Below, one piece after another: positions 29,504 to 40,264 of a stretch of DNA of 48,216 bases. Within the stretch, counting starts at the first letter, position 1, and the number at the start of each line of letters is the position of its first letter. The notes beneath the pieces are model-generated. The model was given only the letters and a program-made list of their open reading frames with translations. It was not told where the DNA came from and ran no database searches. Origin of the DNA: an uncultured Candidatus Marinamargulisbacteria bacterium (GTDB lineage: Bacteria; Margulisbacteria; Riflemargulisbacteria; GWF2-35-9); the NCBI GenBank assembly GCA_964358175.1, contig CAYHOI010000002.1:1-48216 (forward strand). Reading direction: 5' to 3'. Position numbers and translations under genes: made by a program.

Positions 29504-32500
29504 TCAGGTATTTTTTTCTGCTGAAGCAGGGTATAAGTTAACATATTGCCTCCTAATCCCTTTTGCGACATTGGGTCTGCGAGTTCGAATCATGGTAGAA
29601 TGTAGCTTTTCGTAGACCTCTGGGGGATCTTCTTGGCTTGTTATCAGATCATGATAATATCCTTCGGCTAATTGGAACTCCTCGTTTTTAAACAGAGTAT
29701 CCGCGAGTGTTTTTCTGTTTGTTAAACAGGCTTGAACATTTGGCCTCTCGAACATTGTTGAGGCCTCTGACTGCATGGACGCTGGGAGTAACGCCATAAG
29801 CTGTTTTTCAAGAACCTCTCCCTGTGTACCGGATACCTGTTTAACCAGAGCCATCGCTTTAATCAAATTAGCCTCTTCCAGGGGTTGCCTGCTCAAAAGC
29901 TGTTTTGCCTGGTCTTCAGCGGTTTTTCCAACAATGGGCGTACTGATCGACTTGGACTGTTTTGCTGCCAATTCTTTGTAATATTGATAAGCACTTACTG
30001 GATTGAAATCTGCTCGGGCTTCTCGGAATTTATTCCATTTTAATTTTACTGCGGTAAGATTGGGCAGGCGGGCAAACATGTGTTCAGCTCCGGCTGAGGC
30101 CAAGCCCATAGCCAACCATTTTGCCGCTGAAGTGATAACCGCTGAGTCCATGATAAAGGGCATAAAGGATTGAAGTCCCTGGAGTATTCCAAACGTCGTC
30201 ATGATTCGAAGTGCGATTCGAGGCGGTCCGGTCCAGCCCCGAAGCAGTGTGTTGAGCTCGCGCTGTTTGCTCAGCTTGACTACATGGCTGGCTCCACCTT
30301 TTCCGATGGCCTCAGCAGTCTCTAGGTAGACGCTCCGACGTAGTGACCAAAAAGACATAATAGAGCTAACGAGAAGATTGGTAATCGGATTGCCTTCTGC
30401 ACCTCCCATGAATCTGGAGGCAAGAATCGCTTGCTCTATGCCGCCAACCTGAAGCATTGTTCGAACCCATCCGAGGTAATAAGCTCCACTTGTGTCTTTC
30501 TTTCGCTTAAACATGTTGAATCCCATAAGCTGGTGGGCATAGGATGTTGCCGCAAGATCATTAACCGCGTCGGCATGGTCAATGGTTGGCGTAAAGATTT
30601 GATACTTGGCTTTATGAACAATAAAGTCATTCTCAATCATCTTTCGCAGATAAAAATAGGTCATCGCGTGGGTCATCGAGGCCTGTCTTCGGCTAAAGCC
30701 TTGATTACGGATGGTGGCTGCGTGCAGGTAATGCATGAGAACTGTATTCATTATTGAGATAAGCGCAAAAATAGTCCCAAATCCAATATCGGTAAAACTC
30801 GTGAGATTGTACGAAGTAGCCACAGGCCATGAAAGGATGCTCGAATTGAATAAAAGGTAGGCAATAGAGAAGATGGGCATCAATGCTTCCAGGAGAAAAA
30901 GGGTTACATAATTTCCCTGATTAATCGTTTTCTCCTGAGCATGCAAGTGAACCTTCTGTGCGAATCTGACTGCCCACGTTCTATGTTTTGACATGTTAAA
31001 ATAAGTGATCCATCGTCCTGTAAATTGGTCTTGTTTTACCTTTGAGCTGGATTCACGAGGATTGTGGCTCGTCTGGTAGTTGATGCTTTGTACCATGGTG
31101 CTAAAAATCATTTGGGTGGAGAGCATGAAGGAATCCTCCAATGCTTCATGATACCCTTGTGTTTTAAGTAATTCGTACGTGGTTCTCTCCAGTTGTGAGG
31201 TGGTACGCATTTTCGAGGCACGCTTTAGCGAATAATATTTTTTGTGGAACTCAGGATCGGCTAAACTTAGATGTGCATCACGTATGTTGCTGTATTTGGT
31301 CCTAAACAAAGCCGCCAGTCCAAAAGCAACAAATTCTGCTGATCTTTGGGCAATCGGCGGCCCCAGAGAGAATGCCTCGACCGGCGGGAAGAGTGCTGAG
31401 AATCCCATCGTAAAGAGTTGCAGGAAGCCCATCACAGCCGCATAAGTGATTAGCTCTTTCGTATTGGTGGCTAAGACTCGCTTCATTTGCCGATACTCCT
31501 CAGCAGCAAGAGGATCATTTGGATTGGCTTTGAACGCTTTTCTGGCTTTGTAGCTCGCAAGGAGGCCGAAGCCGTTTTGCTTTGTCAACATGGTCAGTCC
31601 GATTTTTCGCATCGCATACCAGCCCATTACAAAGGCGAGCGGGGCAACGGCTGGGAAAAGAGGCGCAACGATTGCAAGAATGGCGAGCGGGACAAGGAAT
31701 CCGGCTATTCCACTGTCAAGTATGCCATGATACAGATATCGAACTATTTTATCAGCAACTGTCTTTTCATCGTCTGCTAGGTTGGAATTTCCCATTCTAA
31801 CGCCATACTCACGAAAGGATGCTCCTGTGAAGAAGGATAAAGAACTTTTGAGGATTCCGTTTGGCCCCCAGGATTTTGGCAGGAAGGCTAACGATGCTTT
31901 GGCCAGACGGCGTGTGATAGCCGTCTCTGTGTAGGAATCTTGTGTTTCCAGGTATTGATCATAGAAAGTGAGTTCCGTAATCGATTGATTGAAATAGGCA
32001 TTACATCCCTGGGGGAAAGTCGTTCGAAACGAACTTCGAGGACCGCCAGCTCCGTCTTTATGCTGATTAAATACGACGTTTTGTATCTCAAAAGCGGTAT
32101 TTATATTGAAAAACGCAGGGCCGGTAAAATCCACTTTCCCCTGAAAAGTTTCATGGCCATAAATGGTTGTATCCAGACGGCGATCCTCTTCAAAAAAATA
32201 ATTGACGAAACCGTTGAGTTTTTGCGTGTCTTCTGTTCGAACATTGTCTCGGTCTGTCTGAAAGTAGCTGTGTGTAATTTTGCTAAAGGAGGAGACGACA
32301 TGACCGTTTTCGTCATAGATATCTGTTATCCCAGCTTGTTCATAGTGTGCAGTGGGAAATATCTTTGCAGTTAATGCATAATTAAAACGTTCATCCACCT
32401 CACCATCTGCATTTAGGCATTCCACCTCGCTAGCGGCCTGATCAAGAACCTGCGAGACAATATCTGTAATTTCTCGTCGCGGGGTGTCCGGGGAGATACC

Positions 32501-35500
32501 GCTAAGCCAGTCGCTTTTATCCGCAGTCTTGGCAAGCTTCGAGAAATAATCCATCCAGGGAGCCTTAACGCCCTCATGGGTGATGGTGTTTGGCATCCAG
32601 TGGGTGTCCATCTTAAACCCTTTGCGCGAGCTTTCGTGAGCCAGAATCTCCTCCAATCTACGCGGACGAGTAAAGACAACCTCCGTACGCGTGGTCTGGA
32701 ACTGTGGCATAACCGGCACGAAATGGCTAATGGCTTCCTTGGTTTCGTCCCCGATTGTGCGTGGTTCCCATGCAGCTGTCTGGACATGCCATGGGAGCTT
32801 GGTCCACTGGCCATTGACCTTGCGGGTGAAGTGTAAGTGCATAAATTCTTCCGAGTTTTGTTCAACACGTTTTGCAAGTTGCCCCAGAATCTCACTCAGA
32901 TTTTGTTTATTACGATTGACGAAATCTTCCTGAGTTATTTGGGGATCCATTTCATCCAAAACCTGTTCGATGCATGTATCCAGAAAAGATATTTCTTCGA
33001 CAGTTAAATTTTTTGCCTTATATCGTTCCAGGAATTGCTGACCTAATTGTTTGGTTGCTCTGAGCAGCGCTTCTTTTGCCGGTGCGTAAAAGGTTCCTTG
33101 ATAGTAATCCGAGTAAATTGCCCCCTCTTTTTTGGATTCTTTAATTGCTTTTTGAACAGCCTCATCCTCATTTTCGGTAAAGTTGTAGAAAGCCAGGTTT
33201 TTCAGAATGGTTTCTCGTGAACCAGCCCGGGTTGCACCACGGATTTTGGCGAGATGGAAAGTGAGTTGGTTAATCGTAGCTCTTGCCTCCTTAATGAGTT
33301 CAAGATCATTAGCGTGCTTTGCTTTAATATGCTCCTCAATGAACGAGATGATCGATTCAACATCAATTGATCCTGGCTTAGACCCTTTGTTGAACTCTAG
33401 GTATTTCTTATGGAGAGCGTCCATCTCAACTTCAAAAGCTTTGTTTTGAATTGTTTTAGGTAAAAATCTATGATCAAAGCTTGAGAGCTGCTTGCTAACA
33501 AGATGAAAGGCTATCGCATTGACTTCGCTTTTTGCATGAAGTTGTTTGGCCTTTTTCTCATCTGATTCCATCAGCCCTACATTGTGAGCAATTTGTTTTT
33601 TGATTTCAGAGGTGATCCAATCTTTAAGTACCCACTTCCCTTTTCCACGATTGATCGAGGTCTCCTCTATGTAGCTCATCAGGACGTTCTGTATCTGAGA
33701 AAGGTCAATTTTCTCTAACTTCTGGTCATCGTACTTCTTTTTTGTGATTTTCTCATATAGGTTTCTTGCCTCATTGAATGTTTCCAGTTCTTGATTCTCA
33801 ATAACATAAGTAGCGTCAAGGGCTTTATGCTGGATTTCTCGTAAGGCAAAGAGGATATTTTTGGTGGTATCCATGCCGTGGCTTCGAACTGCCATTTCAG
33901 CGGCGATTTCTTCGAGCCTCGTGATGATCATTTCCTTTTTACCTTTGTTATCCTTCGGTGCACGGTATAGAATGGCGTCTTCTAAATTCCAGCCCTCTAC
34001 CAGTTTTTTTACAACTTCTGGAATGTTCTCATTTTTGCTTAGAGCTGTAGCAAGAGTTTGATAGATATTCTCCGTGGTGATGCCACGAGCATTCTTCTCC
34101 TGGAATCGGTTATCTCCAGGGAAGGCAATATTCTGAACGATAAGTTCGAGGGGCTTGGCGATCTCGCCGCATTGATGCCATACCCCTGTTTTTTCGGAAA
34201 CCCACTTGGTGAGCATGAACCGGGTTAAAAAACCTCCTTGTTTCGCGATGGTGTTTCCGGTGGTCATATCATTGTTCGCTCCACCTTTGGATCCGATACT
34301 GTCATGATTTTGTCCTAGGATGTGAAAAACATAGTTGGCAAGATTGTTTTCTTTACGATTGGCCAGACGAATTCGTTTGGCAATCTCTGGGTCTCCCGGG
34401 GGTCGCTTCAAGTGACCATTCCGAACAGCACTAATAATCTTCTTGATATCAACTGCTTGTCGGGTACGATCCATTTGACGCCAGCCTTCCAGGATCAACT
34501 TCTCCACAGAAGCCTCGTTGGTCAGACCATTTCGGATTTTGATAAACGTTTCTTCGTTAAGCTCGTCCTCTGTCCCCAATATTTCATAGATCTTGCTCGC
34601 AACTGGAGCGGCCAGTTCAGTGGGTATTTTGTTTTGGTAATGATCGATGGTTGGAAGTTTGAGCCCGTATAGTCGCTGATTGATGGTGGTGATTTGTTTC
34701 TTCTTATGACCAAGGCTCACCACATGATTTCTGACGGATGCTTGTAATTTACTGAGCACTTCGCCTCCGGTTATTTCTGAGAGCAAATCACCTCCGGTTG
34801 CAAGTGTTTCAAGAATGACCAAAAAATTATTAAGCTCTTCACGGGCAATCTTAAAATCACTTTGCAATTGATTTAGTTTTTTTTTCTCCTCATCAGTCAA
34901 TTCCCGCTGTCGTTGTTCAGATTCCAGCCTCATGAGCTGCTCTTTCATCTTGAACATTCGTTCATTTACCTTGTCGAGTATCGGTCGTATGATCAACTGT
35001 GTACGTTCCTTAACAATAGTTTGCTCTGCCTTACTCCGGATTTTCATATCTTCCCCTAAAAGGACTTTGGTCACGAGCGTTTGCAATTCCTCAAACGTAA
35101 AGAAGTATCCGTAAAATTTGAAGACCCCGTCATTTTTATTGGAAACGCCAATGTCAACCGCTTTTTCCATGGCATCGAGAAGATCTGATGTGTGTTGTTT
35201 AAAGTTTTTTAAGCCCTCAAGCTGTACCAGTTTTCTAGCCAGGGCAGTGAGTCTTTCTTTTTCTTTTTTGGTTAATTTTCGTTTTTTTTCATCGGCATGG
35301 AGCTGATTGATAGCCTTTGCTGTAACCTCGGAGTTCTCAGTGATTGCTGTACCTGTTTTTTCAAACACCTCTGCCAAGGTTTGATCAAGATCCTTCTTCG
35401 AGGCCAGGTATCTGTCCTGTGTGATCTTGAAGCGATTGCCACTTAACACTTTACCCTGCTTATCACGTTCCCTTAAATCTGCAAGTCGGATAGGCAGGAG

Positions 35501-38500
35501 TTCTTCCTGCACAAATCGCACCAGACTCTCTTCAAGTTCTCCTCCCAGATTGAGCTTGCCTTTCCCACTTTTATGGTATTTTTCTGTGAGATTTCCCTTC
35601 TCGTCAATGTATCCATGCTTTCTTAGCACTTCCCAGATATCTGTTGAAGTCAAGGGGCGTCCATTGTGCATTCGATTAAGTATAAGATGTTCAAATGTAT
35701 TCTTTCCAACCGTGAGGCTGAATGCGTCGCTTAGCTCGTTAAGCGCATCTATATTGCGTGCAGTTTGCTGACTGACGCCATTGACGGATTCAAAGCGCGC
35801 GTCATGTTGCTCCATGTGAAGATCCACGGCTTGCTTCGCGCATTTCCAGGCGAGACCGTCAATTTGCCCTTTTTTGTAGTAACGTTCTCCTTCAAGAAAG
35901 GTTTTGGCAATAGCCTGAGTTTTCTTGCGAAGGATCGCTTCTTTTTGCGAACGAATTTTCATCCAGATTTGCTCATCAGTGAATGTCGCAACGCTATTAA
36001 TCTGAATTCCCTTTACAAGTTTGCCCGAAAAAAGGTCGCGATGTTCACGTGCATCAAAAATATAGTCTGAAATGGTTTTGCTCATTTCAACGGCCAGATC
36101 CATAACCTTACCGGAATGCATAAACTTTAATCCATTGTTGTTGTGGAGCATCTCACGGAGGATGCTTTCGTAGGTAGAGGCTCTACCGAGGAGCACTCTG
36201 TTGAGCTGTCCCTCTTGGTCAAATAAGGTAAAAAGTCGCTTGTTCTCATCCAGAATATTGATGGGCAAATGGTAATGGACGGCTCCCTCAAGTTGTTTTT
36301 GCCACAAATGGACTTCCTCTATCGTCTTGTTGTCTTCTTTTGAAAGTTCAAGGTCTTTCTGAAAGGAAGGTTCCCGCTGTGCATTAACGAATTTCTTGTA
36401 ATTCTTAGCCATTTCGGGATGTCCCTCGGTAAAAAGAGCCGAAAGAAGCTCCAGCTCAAGCTGAGCCAGGGTACGATCGCAGGCGTCATTTTCAGCTGAT
36501 TTTTTTAAAACCTCTGCATTTACTCCTTGATTTTCATCACTTTTTTTGTGTGCGGCGAGGATTTCCTTGTTGAGGAGCGCGCTGTAGCCAGAGGTGTCAA
36601 TTTTGAAACGAGTAAAGACTTTGTGTAAGTAGGAGTCTTTCGGGGGTGAAAAGCAACTATCAGCCCAGTCACCCTTGTGAAGCTTATCTCTCAGGTCATC
36701 TCGCATTTTTGCCCACTCCACAAGGGTTTTGGTGGTATAACAATCCTCACGGCTAACCAGGAGCGTTCGCTTTGTATTGGCTAGGTCTTGGTGAATTGTG
36801 TCCAGTTGATCAAAAATCAGTTCGCGTCCCTCGCTACCGTTGGCGACATAGCTATTCGTAGCGAGTCCGGCAGTGTTTTGAATAGACTGAGCGTTGTCTT
36901 GGATATCCTTAATAATTTTCGCTGAATTTTCAGCACTCATTTGATAACGATCCTGCATAGCCTGAACCAAATCAGCTTCTTCCTGCGGTTCAAGGCGAAT
37001 GCCATGCAACATTTTTTGTCCAAGATCCGCAATAAGTTCTTCGGCACCGGTGTGGATTCTGACCCGCTTAATAAAATTATATGCGATGGCTCGTGAATAC
37101 ATGGGATCCAGCCCCTTACCCCAAAACTTCAAATAGTTGTTGCTGGCCTTATTGCCAAGTTCTTCAAATACGTCGGCCATACAGTCATCCTTTTTCTCAC
37201 GTAGGAAATCGAGGAAAACCTCGTACTCATCCTCTTTCAGGCCACCCTCCTCCATAAGTTTTGGCTTAATCATATTTTCCATGATCTCCTCAAGTTTGTT
37301 GTGAAGAATAAATTCTTTGGCGGTACAGCTCTCTAGGATAGAAGGCAGATACTTCTTCATAACCGCCGCGATGATTCTAGCTCTGTCTGGGGAAAGCGCA
37401 GCCCCATTCTGAGTGCAAAGAATTCCCATGAGGCGTTCCATGGTTTTTTTAACGGCAATGGTGCCATGGGGAAATTTGTTGTTGGCACCGAACATGTAGT
37501 AAAGTGCCTTGTAAACGCCGGCCAATGAAAAGCTTGCCGGGTCAAAACCAGATTCTGACTCCTGAATGGACTGCATAAGAAGCTCTAAGCCACTTTGATC
37601 GAGGGGGACGAGGGATAAATTTTGTGAACATTTCAATACATTTACATCATTTTTTTCAAGGTTTTGCTCTGGCTCGTACAGTTCATAGGGTTTGGGCGGC
37701 AAATCAAGAATTGCTCGTATCCGTTCATTGAGCACTCTGCCAACAGAGATGGTTTTGGTAAATTCAAAGGGTTGCGAGAGGTTGCTGAGGATACTATTCC
37801 CAGAACCTGTCAGCATCAGCGCGATTTCCTGCATACCATTCCACATCCGTTCCCAGAGCAAACGCTTTCGTTTGTCAGGTTCAATTCCATCAAATGCATT
37901 GTACAAGGTGCCAGATCGCATTCGGTGCATGAGATTTCGATCAAGAATGGGCATGAGCGGAGCCCACTTTTGTTGCCCATCCATGAGAACCTGTTTCGCA
38001 TATATTTTAGTGTCTACACCGTAGAAGATTAGTGCCAGAGAGAAAGCAAAGCTTCCCACCTGTTGCGCTACAGAGATGTCTGAATTGGTTAGGAACATTG
38101 CCATAACCATGGCAGTCTGGAGTAGAGCCAGGGAAATGTGAACCCAGCCCAGCGCAAGGAGCCACTTGCGCGTTTTTTGCGGCCAGTACGGCAAGGGCGA
38201 TTCAATTCTATTATTGACCAACTCACGGTAAGGCATGTTCTTCTCTGCGGTGAAGGCAGCTTGACCCTGTGCAATCCTGTCATCGCTTATTTTGAGTTCC
38301 TTTTGAGTTCCGAATACTTTTGGACGCCGCAAGATCCGCTGTACCCGAATGTGATCTTCCAGCTCCGGCGGCAGACAAGTCATTGCCGACTGTGAACTGA
38401 CCTTATGTTCCGCGAGAGACTTCAGCACTTTCTCATTGCCTGCAAGACGTGAGACAGAGAAGCCTAATGTGGTCTCTGAGACCTTATCGAGTCCAATGAG

Positions 38501-40126
38501 GATATTAATCCAGCTATACCATTTCAAATCGTGATTAACGACGGCTTTATTCTCCTCCGCGTGTTCAACACTGGACTCAGGAGAGGTCATTTTCTCAAGG
38601 ACAGTTTTCAGTGCCGCAGTTTGGTAAGCATTTGAATACTTCTTGACCACATGAGTGGTAATCTCAATTTTCTTTTGAGTGCACATTTTTTCAAACAAAA
38701 TGATGAAGTCTTCCTTTTGGGAGTTCCACAGCGTGGATACTTCTTCTTTTGTAAAAAAAGTCTTTGTGTCATGTGCATGGTATTCTTTGAATGCGTAGGC
38801 ACCCTGGGACTGAGTACTTGTGGCATATCGGACAAAGAGTAGCTTGAGCTTCAGTGCGTCAGCTATATTTTCGGCAGTAAGGGATTCACTAGTAAGATTC
38901 AAAGCCTTGTGGTCGGCTGAATCTACGCCTGCAGCTAAAACAATAGGCAGGTGGGTAGTATAGCTATGCTGTTCAACCAAGTAGCTCTGCCTGATGAGTT
39001 CATCCACCTCGGCTTTGTCCCCGATAATGTTTCGGGCATTATCCCAGAGTGAGGTTATCTGGTTCTTGAGTACAGGAAGATCGTCGACTCTTGCGGTGAA
39101 CATGACCAGATGATTCGCGAACTTGTCCTGGAAGGATTCCTCTGTGCATTCGTTTGCGATGGACTTTACCTGAACCAAGGGATCTTCGGCATTAATAATG
39201 CGCTGGAGTGTTTCGGCATGCTTTGAGGCCTGGTCAAGGATATGGAGCGAGAGATAGCCCTCACCGGACGCGCCTGCTATATCGCAAGAGGTGAACAAAT
39301 AGAGCCAGTCGAAGAAGATCTTCTTTTGCTGTTCATCGGAAAGGATTTCCTTTAGTTGATTTCGAACACTCTGAGTGAGTCCATCTACTCTTGGGTTATT
39401 ATCAAACATTTTCATCAGCTCAGCGTGACTTCCATTAATATTTGTGGATCCAATGAGCTGATGGAAATAGATGAGAGGCAGGGTGAATTTATTATGATTC
39501 GCAAAGGTTGTGTCATAGCGTTTCAATAATCCACTATAGTAGACTGTCTTGGCAGAATATGGTGCGTGCTGGACGTTTGTGACTATTTTAAAAAGATCAT
39601 GGGTGGAAAAGAGAAGATTAGGATAGTCCGGGTTTTGCTGATAGATAGCAAGAAGTCTACGAAAATGCGCAAGAATACGAGGCATATCCTGTTCTCTGTA
39701 TCCCAATCGTGTTAGGCCAAGTCTTTTTCGATTATTGTCCGTGCACATTTTGAGATAGGCTTCAGTCAATGCTTTGTCGTGTTGATCGCTTTCAAGCCCC
39801 TTGATTGAATCGGAAAGCGTTTTCAGATCCTCAGAATATGTAAACATGTATTGACGATGATGATCGTATTTCACGCGACTTTTGGAGTCGTCAGACCCCA
39901 CGTGTCTCGGAGTGGCCGTCTCGTTGCACTCTGCGCCAGAGTCTAACCACTTTTTGTTCATCAAGAAAGAAGCGGCCTCGTTGTGAATATAGGCATCTTC
40001 CACCCGTGCATCATATTTCCCCGTGTGGGCTGGCAGTACCGAGACTGCCAATGGTTGGAGGTGCGGACTCGTCGGGGGAGAGATCCCCGCTTTTGCAATA
40101 GCACTAACTAATTTATATCTGCTCAT
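29504..40126 (-). CDS. Giant protein D, 3540 aa, unknown function, polytopic membrane protein with very large soluble regions
   Basis: Uninterrupted 10.6-kb ORF. There are two hydrophobic clusters. One is a helix pair near aa ~650-705 (LLALGWVHISLALLQTAMVMAMFL, VGSFAFSLALIFYGV). The other has at least 8 hydrophobic segments in aa ~2800-3350 (e.g. IAGFLVPLAILAIVAPLFPAVAPLAFVMGWYAM, YAAVMGFLQLFTMGFSALF, FLLEALMPIFSIAYLLF, IGFGTIFALISIMNTVLMHYL). Long K/E-rich coiled-coil-like stretches lie between the two clusters. Confidence 0.9.
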   Translation of the reverse strand: MSRYKLVSAIAKAGISPPTSPHLQPLAVSVLPAHTGKYDARVEDAYIHNEAASFLMNKKWLDSGAECNETATPRHVGSDDSKSRVKYDHHRQYMFTYSEDLKTLSDSIKGLESDQHDKALTEAYLKMCTDNNRKRLGLTRLGYREQDMPRILAHFRRLLAIYQQNPDYPNLLFSTHDLFKIVTNVQHAPYSAKTVYYSGLLKRYDTTFANHNKFTLPLIYFHQLIGSTNINGSHAELMKMFDNNPRVDGLTQSVRNQLKEILSDEQQKKIFFDWLYLFTSCDIAGASGEGYLSLHILDQASKHAETLQRIINAEDPLVQVKSIANECTEESFQDKFANHLVMFTARVDDLPVLKNQITSLWDNARNIIGDKAEVDELIRQSYLVEQHSYTTHLPIVLAAGVDSADHKALNLTSESLTAENIADALKLKLLFVRYATSTQSQGAYAFKEYHAHDTKTFFTKEEVSTLWNSQKEDFIILFEKMCTQKKIEITTHVVKKYSNAYQTAALKTVLEKMTSPESSVEHAEENKAVVNHDLKWYSWINILIGLDKVSETTLGFSVSRLAGNEKVLKSLAEHKVSSQSAMTCLPPELEDHIRVQRILRRPKVFGTQKELKISDDRIAQGQAAFTAEKNMPYRELVNNRIESPLPYWPQKTRKWLLALGWVHISLALLQTAMVMAMFLTNSDISVAQQVGSFAFSLALIFYGVDTKIYAKQVLMDGQQKWAPLMPILDRNLMHRMRSGTLYNAFDGIEPDKRKRLLWERMWNGMQEIALMLTGSGNSILSNLSQPFEFTKTISVGRVLNERIRAILDLPPKPYELYEPEQNLEKNDVNVLKCSQNLSLVPLDQSGLELLMQSIQESESGFDPASFSLAGVYKALYYMFGANNKFPHGTIAVKKTMERLMGILCTQNGAALSPDRARIIAAVMKKYLPSILESCTAKEFILHNKLEEIMENMIKPKLMEEGGLKEDEYEVFLDFLREKKDDCMADVFEELGNKASNNYLKFWGKGLDPMYSRAIAYNFIKRVRIHTGAEELIADLGQKMLHGIRLEPQEEADLVQAMQDRYQMSAENSAKIIKDIQDNAQSIQNTAGLATNSYVANGSEGRELIFDQLDTIHQDLANTKRTLLVSREDCYTTKTLVEWAKMRDDLRDKLHKGDWADSCFSPPKDSYLHKVFTRFKIDTSGYSALLNKEILAAHKKSDENQGVNAEVLKKSAENDACDRTLAQLELELLSALFTEGHPEMAKNYKKFVNAQREPSFQKDLELSKEDNKTIEEVHLWQKQLEGAVHYHLPINILDENKRLFTLFDQEGQLNRVLLGRASTYESILREMLHNNNGLKFMHSGKVMDLAVEMSKTISDYIFDAREHRDLFSGKLVKGIQINSVATFTDEQIWMKIRSQKEAILRKKTQAIAKTFLEGERYYKKGQIDGLAWKCAKQAVDLHMEQHDARFESVNGVSQQTARNIDALNELSDAFSLTVGKNTFEHLILNRMHNGRPLTSTDIWEVLRKHGYIDEKGNLTEKYHKSGKGKLNLGGELEESLVRFVQEELLPIRLADLRERDKQGKVLSGNRFKITQDRYLASKKDLDQTLAEVFEKTGTAITENSEVTAKAINQLHADEKKRKLTKKEKERLTALARKLVQLEGLKNFKQHTSDLLDAMEKAVDIGVSNKNDGVFKFYGYFFTFEELQTLVTKVLLGEDMKIRSKAEQTIVKERTQLIIRPILDKVNERMFKMKEQLMRLESEQRQRELTDEEKKKLNQLQSDFKIAREELNNFLVILETLATGGDLLSEITGGEVLSKLQASVRNHVVSLGHKKKQITTINQRLYGLKLPTIDHYQNKIPTELAAPVASKIYEILGTEDELNEETFIKIRNGLTNEASVEKLILEGWRQMDRTRQAVDIKKIISAVRNGHLKRPPGDPEIAKRIRLANRKENNLANYVFHILGQNHDSIGSKGGANNDMTTGNTIAKQGGFLTRFMLTKWVSEKTGVWHQCGEIAKPLELIVQNIAFPGDNRFQEKNARGITTENIYQTLATALSKNENIPEVVKKLVEGWNLEDAILYRAPKDNKGKKEMIITRLEEIAAEMAVRSHGMDTTKNILFALREIQHKALDATYVIENQELETFNEARNLYEKITKKKYDDQKLEKIDLSQIQNVLMSYIEETSINRGKGKWVLKDWITSEIKKQIAHNVGLMESDEKKAKQLHAKSEVNAIAFHLVSKQLSSFDHRFLPKTIQNKAFEVEMDALHKKYLEFNKGSKPGSIDVESIISFIEEHIKAKHANDLELIKEARATINQLTFHLAKIRGATRAGSRETILKNLAFYNFTENEDEAVQKAIKESKKEGAIYSDYYQGTFYAPAKEALLRATKQLGQQFLERYKAKNLTVEEISFLDTCIEQVLDEMDPQITQEDFVNRNKQNLSEILGQLAKRVEQNSEEFMHLHFTRKVNGQWTKLPWHVQTAAWEPRTIGDETKEAISHFVPVMPQFQTTRTEVVFTRPRRLEEILAHESSRKGFKMDTHWMPNTITHEGVKAPWMDYFSKLAKTADKSDWLSGISPDTPRREITDIVSQVLDQAASEVECLNADGEVDERFNYALTAKIFPTAHYEQAGITDIYDENGHVVSSFSKITHSYFQTDRDNVRTEDTQKLNGFVNYFFEEDRRLDTTIYGHETFQGKVDFTGPAFFNINTAFEIQNVVFNQHKDGAGGPRSSFRTTFPQGCNAYFNQSITELTFYDQYLETQDSYTETAITRRLAKASLAFLPKSWGPNGILKSSLSFFTGASFREYGVRMGNSNLADDEKTVADKIVRYLYHGILDSGIAGFLVPLAILAIVAPLFPAVAPLAFVMGWYAMRKIGLTMLTKQNGFGLLASYKARKAFKANPNDPLAAEEYRQMKRVLATNTKELITYAAVMGFLQLFTMGFSALFPPVEAFSLGPPIAQRSAEFVAFGLAALFRTKYSNIRDAHLSLADPEFHKKYYSLKRASKMRTTSQLERTTYELLKTQGYHEALEDSFMLSTQMIFSTMVQSINYQTSHNPRESSSKVKQDQFTGRWITYFNMSKHRTWAVRFAQKVHLHAQEKTINQGNYVTLFLLEALMPIFSIAYLLFNSSILSWPVATSYNLTSFTDIGFGTIFALISIMNTVLMHYLHAATIRNQGFSRRQASMTHAMTYFYLRKMIENDFIVHKAKYQIFTPTIDHADAVNDLAATSYAHQLMGFNMFKRKKDTSGAYYLGWVRTMLQVGGIEQAILASRFMGGAEGNPITNLLVSSIMSFWSLRRSVYLETAEAIGKGGASHVVKLSKQRELNTLLRGWTGPPRIALRIMTTFGILQGLQSFMPFIMDSAVITSAAKWLAMGLASAGAEHMFARLPNLTAVKLKWNKFREARADFNPVSAYQYYKELAAKQSKSISTPIVGKTAEDQAKQLLSRQPLEEANLIKAMALVKQVSGTQGEVLEKQLMALLPASMQSEASTMFERPNVQACLTNRKTLADTLFKNEEFQLAEGYYHDLITSQEDPPEVYEKLHSTMIRTRRPNVAKGIRRQYVNLYPASAEKNT

Positions 40127-40229
40127 ATTAATATATCGGATAATATTTCCAGAAATTTCACCAATTATTGCAAAAATGTGGAAAATCTTGCATTTTCTTT
40201 ATCCTTTGGGTGATGTGCGGAGGGCCAGA

Positions 40230-40264
40230 CCCCAGGAAGATAGATTTTGTCTATATTCCTGGGG
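40230..40264 (-). terminator. Strong stem-loop 19 nt downstream of the gene E stop. It is a candidate non-canonical terminator or 3' stabilising or processing hairpin.
   Basis: ccccaggaagatag(a)-ttt-(t)ctatattcctgggg. There are 14 Watson-Crick pairs, one internal mismatch (40239/40255) and a GC-rich base (CCCC/GGGG). No U-tract follows, so it is not a textbook intrinsic terminator. Confidence 0.4.

Noticed and set aside
4386-40264. Calling the three intergenic hairpins (4386..4409, 7363..7395, 40230..40264) canonical Rho-independent terminators
   Set aside because: None is followed by a U-tract on the transcribed strand. Only the 40230..40264 stem is strong enough to keep as a low-confidence, non-canonical terminator or processing candidate.
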